Part shown: positions 61,966 through 64,000 of the stretch, piece after piece
Layout: every line of letters starts with the position of its first letter
Position numbering within the stretch: position 1 is the stretch's first letter
From: the human T2T-CHM13v2.0 reference genome, Homo sapiens
Direction: 5' to 3' (one strand)
Length of the DNA stretch: 64,000 nt
Assembly: GCF_009914755.1 (NCBI RefSeq)
Contig: NC_060925.1
The notes under the pieces: generated by a model
The model's database searches: none
Told to the model about the DNA's origin: nothing
Seen by the model: only the letters and a program-made list of their open reading frames with translations
Translations under genes and position numbers: made by a program

Positions 61966-64000
61966 TGCTATGGTTTAAGTGTGTGCACCAAAAGTTCACG
62001 TGTTGGAAATGTGGTCCCAATGCAGCAGTGTTGAGAGCTTTGACTTTGGAAGGTGACTGTGTAATGAAAGCTTGTCCTCACAAATGGATTAATCCATTCA
62101 TGAATTAATGGATAAATGGGTTATCAAGGGAGTGGTTTAGTCATCACAAGAGAAGTCTGTTATAAAAGCCAGTTTCCCTATCTCTCATAAACTTCCCTCA
62201 CCATGCGACACCCTGCACCACCTCAGCTCTCTGCAGAGTCCCCACTAGCAACAAGGCCCTAACCAGATGTGGTTCCTTGACCCTGGACATCCTAGCCTCC
62301 AGAACTGTAATAATATTCTTTTGTTTATAAATTACCCAGTATCAGGTATTCATTTACAGAAACAGAAAACACACTAAAAAAATTAATACCAAGAAGTGGG
62401 ACTAATAACAAACACCTGAAAATGTAGAAGTGGCTTTGGAACTGAGTAGTGGATAGAGGCTGGAAGAACTTAGAGAAGCAGTCTAGAAAAAGGCTGCATT
62501 GCCATAAACAGCACTAAGGGTGATTCTGGTGAGGGCTCAGAAGAGCAGACTAGAGAAGTCTGAATCTTTTTAATTGCTTAAGTGGTTGTGAACAGAATAC
62601 TGGTAGAATTTGGAATAGTAAAGACTTCTGATGAGGTCTCAGACAGAAATTCTTATTAGAAACCGGAATAAAGGCTGTCTTTGTTATAAAGTAGTAAACA
62701 ACTTGGCAGAATTTATGGAAGGCAAAATTTAAGAGTGACAAACTAGGATACCTGGCAAAATAAATATTAATATCTAAGCAAAGTGTTCAAGATGCTGCAT
62801 GGTTGCTTTTGCTTGCTTACAGTGAGATTTGAGAACAAAGGGATGAGATTACAAAAAACAATTTATAATCAAAAGGGAAGCAAAGCAGAAAGATTTGGAA
62901 AAGTCTCAGCCTGGCCATGTAAAGAATGAACCAAGGGTGTGGCCCAGAAACCATTTGCTAAGGAGTTTAGTACAGATAGAAGGGATCATAAAGACAGTGG
63001 AAGAAGACTCCAAAGGCATTTCAGAGATCTTCTAGGTGGCTCATCCCAACACAGGCCCAGAGATCTAGGAGGGCAGAATGGTTTCAGGGGACAGACCCTG
63101 GGTGCCCTTCAAGAGCCCACTACCCAGAACTACCTTGGGTCCCCAAATTTTGGCAAGGAGTCAGCCACCCCAGCTGTGGCACAAGTGACCCCCATTGGGG
63201 CTGTGCCCACTACTCCAGAAGATGTGAGTCATAAGCCTTGGCAGCATCCACATGGCATTAATTCTGCAGGCTTACAAAAAGCAAAAGCTGTGGAGGAATT
63301 AAGATCCATCTTAATTCCAATGGATGTATCAGATGGCCTGGGAGTCTATGCAGAGATTTATCACAGGGGCAAAACCACTGCAGAAGGCCCCTAAAGGGTA
63401 ATGCCTAGTGGAGACATGGGAGCAGGATTGCCACAGGACCCCAGAACTACAGAGCTATCAGCCTGCAAAGCCAGCCTGGGAGAGCTATACTGTAGACTGA
63501 CCCCAGCAAAGTCACAGGGTCAGGGATGCCCAAGGCCCTGGGGACCCAATCCCTGCACCAGTGTGTCCAGAAGGCAGTACATGGAGTCAAAAGATATTAT
63601 TCTCCAGCTTTAAAGTTTAATGTTTGCTCTGCTGAGTTCAGACTGTTTTGAGACCTATTATTTCTGGCCTATTCTCCCTTTTAGAATGGGAATGTATACC
63701 CCATGTCTGTCCAACCATTGTATCTTGGAAGTAAATAGTTTGTTTTGATTTCACAGGCTCACAGGTAAGACTCTGGGCTTTTGAGTTGATGTTGGAATGA
63801 GTTAAGGCGTTGGGGCTACTGGGATGGAATTAATGTGTTTTACATGTGAAAAGGATGTGAATTTGGGGGCCAAGGGCAGAAAGTTATAGTTTAAATGTGT
63901 GTCTAAAAGTTATGTTAGAAACTTGGTCCCTAATGCAATAGTGTTGAGAGGTGGGACTTTTGGGAGGTGACTGGGTCAAGAGGGCTCTACCCTCATAAAT
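61966..64000 (+). mobile_element. MST-type MaLR: 5' LTR about 61966-62379, internal region, 3' LTR from about 63882 (runs off the window)
   Basis: tgctatggtttaagtgtgtg..; MaLR internal motifs (gtggctttggaactg, ttctgatgaggtctcaga); second LTR copy. Confidence 0.9.

Overview
Human (primate) genomic DNA, AT-rich and mostly intronic. The window holds nine consecutive coding exons of DNAI4 (WDR78, axonemal dynein intermediate chain 4) on the minus strand. All have GT-AG boundaries and compatible phases, and they splice into one 1388-nt open frame (VFDINGTD...NVPVLDSS) that runs from the N-terminal region into the first WD40 repeats. The exon numbers 3-11 come from my recollection of the 848-aa protein and are not verified. 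The rest is a nested mix of transposon relics: about 36 Alu/FLAM copies, several old L1s, a full-length THE1 with target-site duplications, a two-LTR MST element, solo MLT1/MLT2/ERVL LTRs, an ERVL reverse-transcriptase fragment, MER5/MER20/MER63/Tigger3/MADE1 DNA-transposon relics and long microsatellites. I found no new protein-coding system, RNA gene or CRISPR-like array. The best leads are regulatory: two intronic stop+AATAAA cassettes that would truncate DNAI4 before or within its WD40 domain, a candidate poison exon, a DUX4-type motif in the THE1 5' LTR oriented antisense to the gene, pyrimidine-tract/inverted-Alu architecture around exons 3-4, and several templated-insertion repair scars. 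Repeat subfamily names are by-eye calls, and repeat boundaries are approximate unless a TSD is given.
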